Source of the DNA: Emiliania huxleyi CCMP1516
Taxonomy: Eukaryota
DNA: 64,000 nt
Direction: 5' to 3'
NCBI RefSeq assembly: GCF_000372725.1
Contig: NW_005201327.1
Location: 302,745-366,744 of the forward strand
The notes under the pieces were generated by a model. It was not told the origin of the DNA. It did no database searches and worked only from the letters and a program-made list of their open reading frames with translations. Shown here piece after piece: positions 1 to 11,871 of this stretch (position 1 is the first letter of the stretch; each line of letters begins with the position of its first letter). The position numbers and the translations under genes are program-made.

Positions 1-79
1 GGACGGTAGGCCCAGTATTCTGCTTAGCTGCCAGCCGGGGGTTAACCACACGCGGGCGCCTAACCGCCCGCCGGCGCCT

Positions 80-240
80 GCGGCGGCTACCCGGGCTACC
101 CGCCGCCGCAGCAGTACGGCTACCCGCCGCAGGGCTACTACCAGCAGCCGTACGCGCCGCCGCAGCAGTACTACCAGCAGCAGGCCGCCTACCAGCAGTA
201 CTACCAGCAGCCTCCGCCGCCGCGGCCGCCGGCACAGTAG
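80..240 (+). CDS. 3' end of a Pro/Gln/Tyr-rich protein (partial; starts upstream of window)
   Basis: Frame reads GYPGYPPPQQYGYPPQGYYQQPYAPPQQYY...PPRPPAQ-TAG(240) with coding-like codon use. Confidence 0.6.
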
Positions 241-769
241 GCGCGCGCAGCCGCCCCGCGGCGCTTGCGACTCTGGTGTGGAGTGCCGAGACGGTGTGCT
301 GCCGCGGCACTTCAGTAGCTACCGCGGCGGGGATAGCTTTCATTGTGGATGGGTTGATAGCTTTCATTGTGGATGGGTTGATAAAAGAAGCCATCGTCGG
401 CATGGCGGTCGCGGGCTTGACGAGACCGCGGTCACACGTGTCACGACGAGACTGTGCGGTGTCACGGGAAGTTTATGTGCGCCCGGAGGGCGGAGCCGGA
501 GTGCGGAGGCCCGAATATCGCGCAGGATTCGCGGTTAGGGAAGGGTTACCGCAACCATACCGGTTTTTCTTGCCGCATGTGCGCCGGCGGACTACGTGTC
601 GAGCTGCCGCGCGCGCCGCAGAGGGAGCATCCCCGAGGGAGGCGGCGGCGATTAGCGATACTGACGACGGCAAAATCGTCGCGGAGGGCGGCCGCGGCGA
701 CGGCGACTCCAACTCCGACGGCGGCGACAGCGAAGGCTCCATGGAGGGCGGCGGCGGCGGCGAGCTCAT

Positions 770-2209
770 CTACTCCCGCTGCCCTTCAGCCCACACGTCG
801 ACCTTCCTGGGCAGCAGCTGGTTCGACAGGTCCTCCCCGTGGCCGAGGCTGCCGTACTCGCCCTGGCCCCAGGCAAAGACAGCGCCATCGGCAGTAGTGG
901 CGAGACTGTGGACTCCCGCCGACACAGCGACGACGCGCCGCCCAGCCAAGGCCTCGATCTTCTTCGGCAGCAGCTGGTGCTGCTGGTCGCCGTGGCCCAG
1001 CCGGCCCCAGTCTCCATCGCCCCAGCTCCAGACGGCGCCGTCGGCGGTGAGGGCGAGGCTGTGCGCGAGTCCAGCCGACACAGCGACGACATGCTGGCCA
1101 GCAAAGGCCTCGATCTTCTTTGGCAGCAGCTGGTCCTGCTGGTCGCCGTGGCCCAGCTGGCCAAAGAGACCAAAGCCCCAGCTCCAGACGTCGCCGTGGG
1201 CGGTGACGGCGAGGCTGTAGTTTGTTCCAGCCGACACAGCGACGACGCGCTGGTCAGCAAAGGCCTCGATCTTCTTGGGCAGCAGCTGGCGTTGCACGTC
1301 GCCGTGGCCCAACCTACCAAAGCTTCCCCAGCCCCAGCTCCAGACAGCTCCGTCGGCGGTGAGGGCGAGGCTGTGGTTGCCTCCAGCCGACACAGCAACG
1401 ACGCGCTGGCCAGCTAAGGCCTCGATCTTCTTGGGCAGCAGCTGGCACTGCTGGTCGCCGTGGCCCAGCTTGCCAGAGACTCCACCACCCCAGCTCCAGA
1501 CGGCGCCATCGGCGGTGAGCGCGAGGCTGTGCTCGGATCCAGCCGACACGGCGACGACGCGCTGCCCCGCCAAGGCCTCGACCTTCTTCGGCAGCAGCTG
1601 GTCTTGCTCGTCGCCATGGCCCAACCGGCCAGAGATTCCAACGCCTCCAGAGCCCCAGCTCCAGACAGCGCCGTCGGCGGTGAGGGCGAGGCTGTGGTAG
1701 TCTCCGGCCGACACGCTCACGGCGCGCTCGCCGCCCAGCAGAGGGAGGCGGGTCGGCGTGTTGAGCTGCGTCACGCCCCCGCCGTGACCGAGAAGGGCTG
1801 GGGTCCAAAACTGAGCCTTGCCGCACGACGAGAGCCGCCCCTCGCCGTCGATGAAGAGGCTGTGAGTCTCGCCTGCTGCCGCCCTCGCCGGCGGGTTGGA
1901 CTCACGCAGCAGCGCCACACAGCACAGCCACCGCACGGCGCAGCTTTCGCCCTCTGGCAGCGCCAGCAGCTCGAAGCCGCGCTCTTGCGCCCACAAGCGG
2001 ATGCCCTCCACCGCAAGCGAGGCGTGGAAGAGAAGCGAGACGGCCGCGACGCGAGCGATGTCGAGGGGGCTGTGGCAGTGAGAGAGGGCGCGCACGAGGA
2101 GCTCCGTGGGGAGGTCGAGGAGGCGGGCGGGCGGCGGCGTGTCTGGCGAGGGAGCGGCAGTGGCGGCGGGGGCGAGGCGGCGCGAGCGGCGGCGCGGCGG
2201 GGCAGCCAT
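770..2209 (-). CDS. F-box-like + RCC1 repeat protein, paralogue 1 (intronless, 479 aa)
   Basis: N-terminal LLDLPTELLVRALS..IARVAAVS (F-box pattern), then repeated VSAGxxHSLALTADGAVWSWGxGxxGRLGHG RCC1 blades. Confidence 0.92.
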   Translation of the reverse strand: MAAPPRRRSRRLAPAATAAPSPDTPPPARLLDLPTELLVRALSHCHSPLDIARVAAVSLLFHASLAVEGIRLWAQERGFELLALPEGESCAVRWLCCVALLRESNPPARAAAGETHSLFIDGEGRLSSCGKAQFWTPALLGHGGGVTQLNTPTRLPLLGGERAVSVSAGDYHSLALTADGAVWSWGSGGVGISGRLGHGDEQDQLLPKKVEALAGQRVVAVSAGSEHSLALTADGAVWSWGGGVSGKLGHGDQQCQLLPKKIEALAGQRVVAVSAGGNHSLALTADGAVWSWGWGSFGRLGHGDVQRQLLPKKIEAFADQRVVAVSAGTNYSLAVTAHGDVWSWGFGLFGQLGHGDQQDQLLPKKIEAFAGQHVVAVSAGLAHSLALTADGAVWSWGDGDWGRLGHGDQQHQLLPKKIEALAGRRVVAVSAGVHSLATTADGAVFAWGQGEYGSLGHGEDLSNQLLPRKVDVWAEGQRE

Positions 2210-2277
2210 CGCGAGAGAAAGAAAACAGCGCGAGTGTATCTTTGTCGTTGCCTATCCCCGCCACCGAGGCGAATCTC

Positions 2278-5200
2278 CTACCGGCGGGGAAACATCGCGA
2301 GAAAAAAGAAATTATCAAGCGTGTAATTCTTCAAGGCTGAACTCTCGCTTGGCACCAAACCCGCGGCGCGCTTCGCAGAGCGGCCCGAGCTCATCGACTT
2401 CCGCCAGCTCGGCACCTGTTTCCACAGAATTCGAGAGACGTCAGCGCGATCTCTACTCAGAGGATCGAGATGCGCAGTGTCCTTCGGCGCACTCTCGGGA
2501 TCGAGCAGCGAAGCTAGCGTGCTCCCTTTGCGCACACGCGCGTCGATCTCGGACACGAGCCGCGGGTAGGCCTACGGTCTTGGGCGACTTCGCGTTTATA
2601 CGGGCTGCGTCGAGCCAACGCCGACGCGCGGCATTGGTTGGGACTGGCCTGCAGCACTTTGTAGTCGTCTTGCGGCATCAAGACGGTCACACGCCCGGCG
2701 CCATCCTGGTCCAGGTTCCATCCGTTCGCTGTCAGCACGTGGAGCCGCTGGAAGGTGGCGCGACCCGCCGTCTGCACGAGCTGGTCGATGGAAGCCCCTT
2801 TCGCCATCGAGAGGACGAGATGCGATGGCACGCGCGTCGCCGAGACGAAGCTCTCCGACCGCGCCATCATCGCGTAGCCTAGGGCGCGGCGCCCGCGGAG
2901 GGCACGTGAATACGAGGAGGGTGGCCCCCGCACTCTATCGCGGTGCGGCGCCAAAGCAAGCGATCGGGTCTCCGCCGCAGCCGAGCTCACAGAGCATCGT
3001 CTCCACTGCCGAGAGCACCTCCACCGCCGTCGCGCGCCGCGTCCTCGCCCCGCCCACCACAAACGAGTGTGCGGGGCCGATCCTCGCCCCGGAATCGCCT
3101 ACTCTCGTGGGAATATCGGGCAGTCACGCGACTTTCTGAGAGCGATGAGCAGGCCGAACCCGCGGCGTCAGCTCTCGCCTGGCTCCCACTGCAGCGTCGC
3201 CTAATCTCGAGCAGTCTCGATTCACCTCGGGCGACGTACCCTCAGGCTGGCCCTGGCCCCCGTGGCATCGCCGCCTCCTGCGTCGTCACCCAGTGAACCT
3301 CCGACTGGCTGTGCACGCTTCTCAGCCGCGCGTCGCGCAGCCCGACAAATGCGCAGCCTATACGTGACGAGTCGTGGGGGACGCGTCTCGGAATGCGCCG
3401 GGGCGTGAGCTTTCCCAATGCAATCAGCAGCCCTGGACTCCGCGCACGTCGCCCGCGTCGCCGACGGACGCCGCCGCCCGCCGCGCAGCCTGTGCCGAGA
3501 GGCGGACGGCGGCGCCCTTGCCGTAGTAGACGATCACGCTCAGATTTGGGTGCCGCCGCTGGACAGCGCGAGCCTGGGCAGCGGTGGCTGGGCACGGTGG
3601 CGTGGCCTTTGATTGTAGATGGCCGGAGCGGGGTGCTAGGGTGAAGGGGAGATCATGGGTCAGCGCAATCTCGGCCACCCCGCCTTGTCGAAGAGCGAGG
3701 GCGCGACGTACACGCGCGACAGCGTCACGTCGAGTAAGAGGCCGCGGCGCGCATCGCCGCGTGCGCCACCACAGCAGAGGTCTGCAAACATCGCCGCGAC
3801 CAGGTCGTCCCAGGCGGGGATGACGCCTACCCTCGAACGGGTCCCGAGGCTGAGCTCAATGCCGCCGGCGCCCGCAGGCATCCAGGGCAGGGGGGGGCGC
3901 CGGCGTTGCTACGCGTGTCGCCCTCCTCGCCGCCGCTGCCCCGCAGCGGCGTGGCTGGTAGAGGCTTCGACAGGAAGAGAGGCTCCTGTCCGAAGCTCGC
4001 CCCTCGCCCGAGCCCGAGGGGGGCGAAGCGGTCGACGCCGCAGTAGCGGCCGCTCGGCGTCGTCGAGAAGAAGATCTCGCCTACACTCCTCCACGATCTT
4101 GGGTGATCTCGGGTGACCCAGCATTCGTCAAACGCCCTTTTCGCGCCTACGGCGTTGCTCGCAGCTCGGTTGGTGCCTCGAGCCGCACTAAGCGCCGGCT
4201 AAAGAGCGGTCCCTCGCCGCCCGGCTCGTGCCCCTCTCGCACTGCGTGGAGGAGGAGCGGCATCAGCGTCGCCGTGATTGAGACTACGAGCCGCGTCTCT
4301 GGCCGCCGTTCGAGCCGCTCGAGCGCCTTCTCCAGCTCGAGCTTGCAGTAGGGAGGCGCGGTCCGCAGCAGCGCGTCCGCCTGCGCATAGGGTGGGGCCC
4401 ACACGCTGCACGAGCCACACACGTGCCAGAGAGAGTAGGTGGTGGCGCGTGTCAGGATATGTCAACTGTCATATTTGCAAAGTGGATATGCCAACCTCAT
4501 CCTTGAAGAGGACGTACGGCGTGCCGGGTGCGAGGCTGCGCAGCACGCCTTCCAGCTGGTAGCAGCTGTCAGACACGACGACGCAATCGCCTACGTGGTG
4601 AGGAGCGGCGGCCGCTGAGGAGGGAAGAGAGGGCCTGGCTGCAGGCCAGGCGAGGTCCGCTGCCGTTGCTCAGGAAGCGCGCCCGGCGCTCGGCCGCCGT
4701 CTCTGCGCTCCCACACTCCCGCTCGCCGTAGTGCATGCACCTGGCTGCTGTGTGCTCCGCCTCTGGCTCAGCGACGAGCCCATCCCCACCCTCGTGCTCC
4801 GCCTCGCTAAGCAGCGCATCAGGCTCAACGAGCGCACCCTCGTGCACCAGCCGCAGCGCGTCTCCGATCTTGGCGGTGAGCGAGTTGCGGCCAGAGACCT
4901 TGTGCGTGACTACAATGCTGGCGAGGCCGAGCGCCTACGGGGTGCGCGGCGGGTGTGTGGGCGAGAGCGGGACGAGGCAAGAGTCTGGGAGGCGGTGTCT
5001 CGCCTTGGCCAGTAGCACACCCACCACCACAAACATCGACTTGCCTACCTGCGTGCTGCCGCCGGCAAGGATCTCACCCCGGAGCCCCGCGACGGCGTCC
5101 TCGCTTAGCCGCCCGTGCATCGCGCACAGGAAGCCCGCCACGTCGAAGCAGCAGCGCTCAAAGACCTGGTCGCTCGAGCGCAGCGAAGAGTAGACTCCCT

Positions 5201-5624
5201 GCAGCACAGGAGGCGCACCCTCGCCAAGCTCTGGGTGTACCAGCGGCTCGAGGTCGGATGACTCGTCGCCAGACACCCCTCCACCGTCCGCATCGCCCGC
5301 GTCGAGGACGTCCTCGCCAGTATCTGGCTCCGCCTCTGCTGCGAACTGAGCGCCAAGCGGAGGCTCGTCGAGGCACATCGTCTCGAGAACGGTCCGATCG
5401 ACCTCAGCGTAGTAAGCAATCTTGCTGCGAACCAGCGCGGACAGGTCTACCAGCGGCGGAGGCGGAGGCTCCGCCTTGCCGGCCGCCGGCGAGGGCTCGT
5501 CGCTGTGCTCTGCCGGAGCGGGCGCGCTAGCGGCTTGGACGGCGGGTGGCTCTGGGCGATGCCGCTTGACGCGACGGTAGGTCTTGGCAAAGAGAGAGGG
5601 CGAGGGCGGCGCCGGGAAGGCCAT
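2278..5624 (-). CDS. Multi-exon SF2 helicase-like P-loop NTPase
   Basis: Motif I GSTQVGKS. GC-AG intron 5003-4935. GT-AG intron 4495-4381 joins YVLFKDE|ADALL (DEAD). Motif III SITAT. Motif VI-like LVQTAGRATF near 2760. Central exons and 3' end approximate. Confidence 0.7.
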
Positions 5625-5996
5625 GTGGCACTACGCCTTGCAAGCCTGCTATTGAGTCACGCTACGCTCAAAAAGAATTTTTTGACCAATAAAAAAAATC
5701 AAAGTAGAAATACCCACATTCGCACCTGTGCCTCTCTGGACAGGGTGGCCCGCCTCAACGACACCTGCCTGGAGTTGCGACTCGCCGCTTTCCTCCGCTG
5801 TGATTTGTGTGAGCTCTGTGCCTTGATCTGCAAACAACGCGCCTAAATTTTCTTCCCTCGACGCTCTGCCATGGCCGCCGACGCCGCCGCCAGCCGCGCG
5901 TCCTCCGCCTCGGCCAAGCGAGGCCGGCAGGCCGCCACCGGGGAAGAAGAAGGAGAGCCTCGCCGCCGCCCGACCGTAGCCGGCGCCGATCACGCT

Positions 5997-6063
5997 GATA
6001 CGAAACCACGACGACACACACCCCCAGTCGACTCGCATCGGTTGCCTCGACGGAAAAGCTATT
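5997..6063 (-). repeat. Dispersed ~70-bp motif (family G)
   Basis: AATAGCT..GAGGCAACCGATGCGAGTCGACTGG(GG)TGTGTGTCGTCGTGGTTTCGTATCA. Also at 56680-56749 and split at 35178-35225/36343-36360. Confidence 0.8.
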
Positions 6064-6092
6064 TTTGCGTCGCTCACACACTCACAACCCCG

Positions 6093-6170
6093 TATGTATG
6101 AAGTAGATCTAGGAAGGTGAAGAACAGTCAGGCTCGGACTGGACACCAACGCGGTATGGGTGGACGCTAC
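6093..6170 (-). mobile_element. Short 3'-end copy of non-LTR-type family C
   Basis: Reverse complement of GCGTCCACCCATACCGCGTTGGTGTCCAGTCCGAGCCTGACTGTTCTTCACCTT with ATAC tail, matching 49987-50057. Confidence 0.7.
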
Positions 6171-6739
6171 TGTGCTGTATGAATGGTTGGGCAGGTGTGA
6201 ACAACACCTCGTGACCACGGCGCCACAGGCGCCTGTTGATGGGTCCAGGTGATAGCCCTGAATGGGCAATGCATACGCCTAGTTGGGCCTCAGATCGCCC
6301 GACCGCGTCCCGGTGCTCTGTGGTCGGATTTGTGACGCCGCCGCACCGCGCCGCGGCCGGGGGCCCTCCGGAGGCCGAGGATGGCCGTGACGGACCGGGA
6401 CAAGCTCTGGGAGGTTCAGTGTCAGTGTGTACATTGTAGAGGCTACCCATGTGCACAATATCTTGACTGAGAGCTAAGCCAGGGGAGGCGATGCCGGGGC
6501 CGTACAGCAGCGTGATGGTGCTTCGCCGGCGTGCGTCCCGGAGCGGTGCCGGACAGGCGGTCCGTGAGAGGAAATCCAGGGACAGCGCCGACGGCGCCCT
6601 GATTCGACTTTTAACTTCAAACAAAGACAGTCGCACGCGCCGCAGTGCGGTGCGTGCGACTGTCAGGAGCGGATCCGTCAGTTAGTCGTGTTCACGCCGG
6701 GATCGTGTCCCTCACTACTTGCCCAACCATTCGTACAGG

Positions 6740-6842
6740 AGAGTAGACAGATGATGACGACACGCACGAGCGACACACAGACACAAACAAGCTCACAAGA
6801 CACACAGCCAGCGGGCTGCCACACATCCTGAGTGGGCGTAAC
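6740..6842 (-). mobile_element. Internal fragment of family C
   Basis: Matches 49889-49985 in reverse orientation. Confidence 0.7.
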
Positions 6843-6887
6843 CCCGTATTCGAAAAAAGAAAAAAGAAAAGACGCTCCCGCCAAACG

Positions 6888-8224
6888 ATGGCGTCTCACA
6901 ACGGACTTGAGTGCTGGATGTGCCTTGGCGGGGCGACGCACGCCTGCCCGCGCTGCGACGTCGCATACGGGACCGCCGTCTGCCTGACGTGCTTTGAGAA
7001 GGCGGCCCGCCAGGCCGACACGAAGCGCAAGCTTGGCCGCCTACGGCACGACGCGCTCGACTGGTCCGGCGCGCCGCGAGGAGAGCGGCCGCTGCGGCCG
7101 GTCGACATGGCGACGACGCCAGCTTCGCCGTGCCAGAGCTGCACGCGCGAGTGCCTGCAGTCACAGCTGCGGCTGCTTCCGGCGCCCGCGCCGCCGCTCG
7201 CTGCAGGCCCCGGCGGCCAGCAGGCACCGCCAGTGCCGGTGCAGGTGCGCAAACCACACCGCAGATTCTGAGTCGCGCGCGGCTGTCTCTCTTCTCACGC
7301 TCTTCGCCCTTCGCCCGCCAGGTGCCGGCTGTGGAGGCGGCGGCGGCGACGGCCGCGCCAGCGACGCCGGCCGAGCTCGCGCCGCTGCCTGCGGAGGCTG
7401 CCTCGCCGCCGGCAGGCGGTGCGGCGGCGCCCTCTGCGGGCAGTGCGTCCTGGCTCACGTTCCTCGGGACGGCCACCGCGTGGGTTGGGGGGGCCGTGCT
7501 CGAGGCAGCGGCGGAGGGCCTCCGCCGAGCAAAGCGGCGGCGATGCGAGGGGGAGCAGAGGGAGGGAGGGGGGGGGGGGGAGGACGAGGCGCCGCCTTTC
7601 GGCTCGAGCGGGCGGGCGCGCCTCGGCGGCCCCTCCGCCGACGAGGCGGGCGGCGGTGGCGCGCCGCCGGCCGCGCCGGCCGCGCAGGCCGCCGTGCGCA
7701 CCATCACCGCTGCAGGCGCCGAGGCAGTTCGGCAGGCAGACAGGGAGGGGCTCTCCCTTGCCACGGGCGGGAGCAACAGCGGCTACAAAGGCGTGACCTA
7801 CTGCCCGAAGAGGAAAGGCAGCAAGAAGTACCAGCTGATGGCGACGGTTGGAGGCAAGAGTGTCTTCCTCGGCTGGTTCGCCACCGCCGAGCAGGCTGCG
7901 CTCTTCTACGCCCGCAGGGAGGCGGGCAGGGACACCAGCGATCTCACCGCGCCGCCGCCACCGCCGCCGCCGCCCGCACCTTCCTCTGCCGCTGGCGCCG
8001 ACGCAGTTCGGCAGGCGGGGAGGGAGGGTCTGAGTCTGGCAACGAGCAGCAGCAGCAACAGCGGCTACAAAGGCGTGTACTACTGCCCGAAGAGGAAAGG
8101 CAGCAAGAGGTACGAGCTGAAGGAGTCGGTTGGCGGCAAGGTGGCCAGCCTCGGCTTTTTCGCCACTGCCGAGCAGGCGGCGCTCTTCCGCGCCCGCAGG
8201 GAGGCGGGCAGGGATACCTCCTAG
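6888..8224 (+). CDS. Cys-rich Zn-finger-like N-terminus + two AP2-like DNA-binding domains; exons 6888-7244 and 7322-8224
   Basis: Phase-0 GT-AG intron 7245-7321 joins the two ORFs in frame. CxxC..CxxC..CxxC at the N-terminus. SGYKGVxY...LGxFATAEQAALF occurs twice. Confidence 0.8.
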
Positions 8225-8534
8225 AGAGAGACACGAGGCGATGGAGAAGAGGTTCGCCGCCGAACTTTCGGTCCGGCGAGCCTTCCCGCCGCCGGGTCGA
8301 GGCCCCAGCGCAGTGACTGTGGGTGAGAGACGAAACGAGAGGTGTGTCCGACTCGATCCGAGAACACTTCGACATCAAACCATGGCTCTCAAGCAAGGTC
8401 CGACAACGGCACGTGCGTCTTCTTTTTTCTCTGTGTAGCTCAGTGGGCCGAAAGAGCGTACCGAAAGAGCCGCGAAGATTTACCCACAGGCGCTGCCTGG
8501 TTCTCTCGCATCGCCGTGCCGCTCTCGCCTCGCC

Positions 8535-8620
8535 GTGCCAAAGCCAACCATCTTCGTCGCGGCCACGCGGCAGCATGTCGGAAAGACCACCGTCAGCCTG
8601 GCGCTGATGAGCGGCCTGCC
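8535..8620 (+). pseudogene. Truncated BioD/CobQ-like (AAA_26-type) P-loop protein fragment
   Basis: IFVAATRQHVGKTTVSLALMSGL; coding likeness stops just before the repeat at 8651. Confidence 0.6.
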
Positions 8621-8650
8621 ATGTCGGAGTCGCTCTTATCGCGCTTCTTC

Positions 8651-9137
8651 TTGGAGCACTTGGAGCACTTGGAGTGCAGTCATTAACCGCACACCCAGGG
8701 CCGGGGAGCTCAGAAGCGCACCCAGCGGGCCGGATGATTGGCATCGGGTTACGGGCTAGAGAGCCCTAGCCCCGGGGGTGCGCGTTCGCAGGGAAAGGGC
8801 CGTAAAGTAAACACGGGTCTCCGAGGGTTGGCTCCGCGCTCCAGGTTTCCCCTAGCAGCAGACCGCCCCCTCTACTCGGAGCTATAATGAACACCAGACA
8901 TGCACACGACACGCACTCTCACACGACGTCACCGCTCAGGGCCTCTTCGTTCGCGCAAGGTCCTCATCCTCACTCCGGAGGAGGCTCCCCTCTCCTCTGA
9001 GTTCTTCCTCTTGTTCGCCTTCCGATGATCGTCTGACGGGCGCGGGGCCCGGCCTCCCCTCCTAGCCTTTTTCAGCCGCGGCCCCGCCACCGCCTCGTCT
9101 TCTCTGTCCGATTCTGTCGCCACGACGGTGATCTCTC
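8651..9137 (-). mobile_element. Family A non-LTR-type element, copy 1, (CTCCAAGTG)n tail
   Basis: 8655-8885 closely matches 9138-9365. On the minus strand it ends in 9-mer tandem repeats. A basic ORF stops at 8929. 5' limit inferred. Confidence 0.65.
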
Positions 9138-9740
9138 GCACTTGGAGCACTTGGAGTGCAGTCATTAACCGCACATCCAGGGCCGGGGAGCTCAGAAGCG
9201 CACCCAGCGGGCCGGATGATTGGCATCGGGTTGCGGGCAAGAGAGCCCTAGCCCCGGGGGTGCGCGTTCGCAGGGCAAGGGCCTTAAAGTAAACACAGTT
9301 CTCCGAGAGGGCTCCGTGTACCGGGTTTCCCCTTAACTGCAGAACGCCCCCTCTACTCGGAGCTAGTGGACACGGACACTACGACACCACCCGTCACGTA
9401 CACACACGACTGTCTAACGTGTACACTGCCCGGCCTCATCCCCCCCCTTTCAGGGTGGATCTTCAGTCTGGTTCGGTCTCTTGCTCGCCTTTCGGGCGTC
9501 GCCCCACTGCCTCTGCAGTCGTTTTTGATGTCTCTTCTTCGGAGGCGGCCCCTCCGCCCCACCTCCGTCGGCTAGCCCCATTGGCCCCGAGGGAGCCGAC
9601 AGCCCGGGTGGGGCCTCCCCGGGCGGGAGTGGCGGCATTGTGTCTCGTCGCCACCCCTCCCCGGGAGGTCGGGCCGGCTCTCCCTGGTCGGCGAATCGCG
9701 CCCGCATCCGCGGCCTCTCCATCGTTCTCGCAGTGTTACT
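9138..9740 (-). mobile_element. Family A element, copy 2 (tandem)
   Basis: Same ~230-bp 3' segment and tail; basic ORF stops at 9450. 5' limit approximate. Confidence 0.6.
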
Positions 9741-9773
9741 GAGTAGAAACTTCTTGTTTTCTGTGCTTCCGCC

Positions 9774-10976
9774 ATGCTGCATGCCGGCTCTCGTCGCGGC
9801 CCCGTACGCGCCGCGCTCGCCATGTGCGTCGGCTCGTCCGCGCTCGGCTCAGGTGCGCTCAACGAGCGCAGCGTCGAGACGGCGCACAGCTTCACCGGCC
9901 GGATGTGTGCTGCCAGCCGGCTCGAGGAGACTAGGCGGCCCGACTCTCTATTCTCCGACCCGCTTGCGTACACGCTTGCCGGCAAGGAGGGCCGCGCCCA
10001 GCCGATGGGCGGCTGGATCATGGTGCCGCGGACACGCTTCGGCGACGATTTTCTGCGCGATCACTACACGCGCGGCGCCCGGCAGCTCGTGCTGCTTGGC
10101 GCTGGTTTCGACGCGCGCGCCTACCGCATGAGCGGCCTGCCGGAGCTTCGCGTGTACGAGGTGGACCAGAAGACAACCTTTGAAGTCAAGGAGCCGCTGC
10201 TAACCGGTGGGCCGCACTCCCAGGTCATGAGACGCACACTTGGTTGGACTGCGCGACCATTCATGCCGCAGGTGAGTCGCTCGCAGTGGCGTCTCGCGCC
10301 GCCGTCGCCACCGAGTTCACCCGACCGGGCGAGTGGGCGGCGGCGCTGCTGGCGTCCGGATTCGATCCCGCGGTGCCGACGACCAATTAGAGAACCGCCA
10401 CGCGCAGCGTCTCTTCACGGCTGCTGCTGTGAGCAGGCACCATACACACCGTCACGAGCGAGTGCGATGTGAGCGGCGTCTCTTCTTCACGCGCGATGCT
10501 GTCTCAAGGTACCGACGGTGTGGCTCGCCGAGGGCCTGCTCATGTACCTCTCCGCCGCCGACGCGGCCGACCTGATGAAGCAGGTGCGTCTGCTCATGAC
10601 CAATCTCCCTCCCTCATCCCGGCTGTGAGGCGCATAGTGTGTAAATGACCCCTCCTCGTCGCCCCTCACCACCGCTCACCAGGTCGGCCAACTCTCTGCG
10701 CGCGGTTCCGCCGTCTTCCACGACGCCGTCTCCGCAGAGTACCTGAACGCGCGCGTGAGCGTCGCGGGTGCGCCCTTCATCGGCGCGTCGGACGAGTACG
10801 TCAACATGTGGCGTAGCATCGGAGGGTTCGGCTCCGGATATGCGCACGACTTTCGCGCCATCAAGGTGGACCGCGCCCGCCGCCGCATCGACGTGGATCG
10901 GCGCTGGCCCGAGGCGACGGCCGCGCGGTGCGCAGGGCAGCAGGTCGTGCTCTTTGTGGAGGTGGAGATGGAGTAG
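9774..10976 (+). CDS. SAM-dependent methyltransferase, leucine carboxyl methyltransferase (LCM)-like family; multi-exon
   Basis: LFSDPLAxxLAG, RTRFGDDFL, QLVLLGAGFDARAYR, YEVDQ; after intron 10373-10508, VPTVWLAEGLLMYL. Confidence 0.88.
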
Positions 10977-11171
10977 CCCGATGCGTGCGTGTGGGTGGGG
11001 AGGGGTCTTGTGTCGTGATTTTGTGCGCGTGGGACTTTCGCTATGCACAAATAGATCACAACACAAGGATCACCAGGCACCGCCTCGGTACACGAAATCT
11101 GTCTGCGGGCAGATCCGCACACCGCAGCTCAAATCATCGCAAACCCTCTCAGGACTCAGCAGTCCACCTTC

Positions 11172-11653
11172 ACGCTTCAGAAGCAGCAACTAGAGTAGCG
11201 CAGACGAGGAAGCAGAAACTAGCGCAGACGCGAGCAGGGCAGACCCGGGGACTGGGGAGCCGGAGCAGACGGCATCGGCCGCCGAGGGAACGTTGGGAAG
11301 AGGCACGAGGAGGGCGCGGCGACCTCGACCGACTATGGAGGACCCGTCGCCAGACGACGCAGGGCAGACGATGTGGAGGCGGAGCAGAGGACCAGAGGTG
11401 ACGCGCAGGGCGAAACGAGGGAGGGAGCAGGACTTTGCGGAGATCAGCAGGAGGATGTACGAAGAGATTAGGAGCAGCAGGGACCCGAGGGACCATGTGG
11501 AAGACGGCTAGTGCTAGTCCCCCATCGGGAGGACGACCCCGGCTAGCCGCCGACCACACCCACAAAGAACCCTGCACAAAGATCGCACGGGCGGGGACCT
11601 GTTCCTTTTTACCCATCTCACAGTAGGAGGTGTCCGTTTTTATTTATTTATTT
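11172..11653 (+). mobile_element. Family B non-LTR retroelement, 5'-truncated, (ATTT)n tail, 11-bp TSD
   Basis: AGTCCACCTTC at 11161-11171 and 11654-11664. 3' end shared with 18085-18223, 39233-39314 and 57260-57397. Confidence 0.88.
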
Positions 11654-11696
11654 AGTCCACCTTCGGGTACGTTGTGGTAAGAGCCACATACACTTC

Positions 11697-11871
<175 letters not shown>

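Noticed and set aside
333..383. 24-bp tandem duplication
   Set aside because: Real, but an isolated slippage-type event with no further structure.
276..2326. Long plus-strand ORFs over the RCC1 genes (likewise at the other copies and antisense to the TPR gene)
   Set aside because: Antisense or off-frame shadows caused by high GC and repeat periodicity.
8603..8640. CTGATGA as a hammerhead ribozyme core
   Set aside because: No following GAAA core; it encodes ALMSG in the P-loop fragment.
8655..9365. Direct repeats as an LTR pair (TRIM)
   Set aside because: No TG..CA ends, PBS or TSD; other copies are truncated at one end only.
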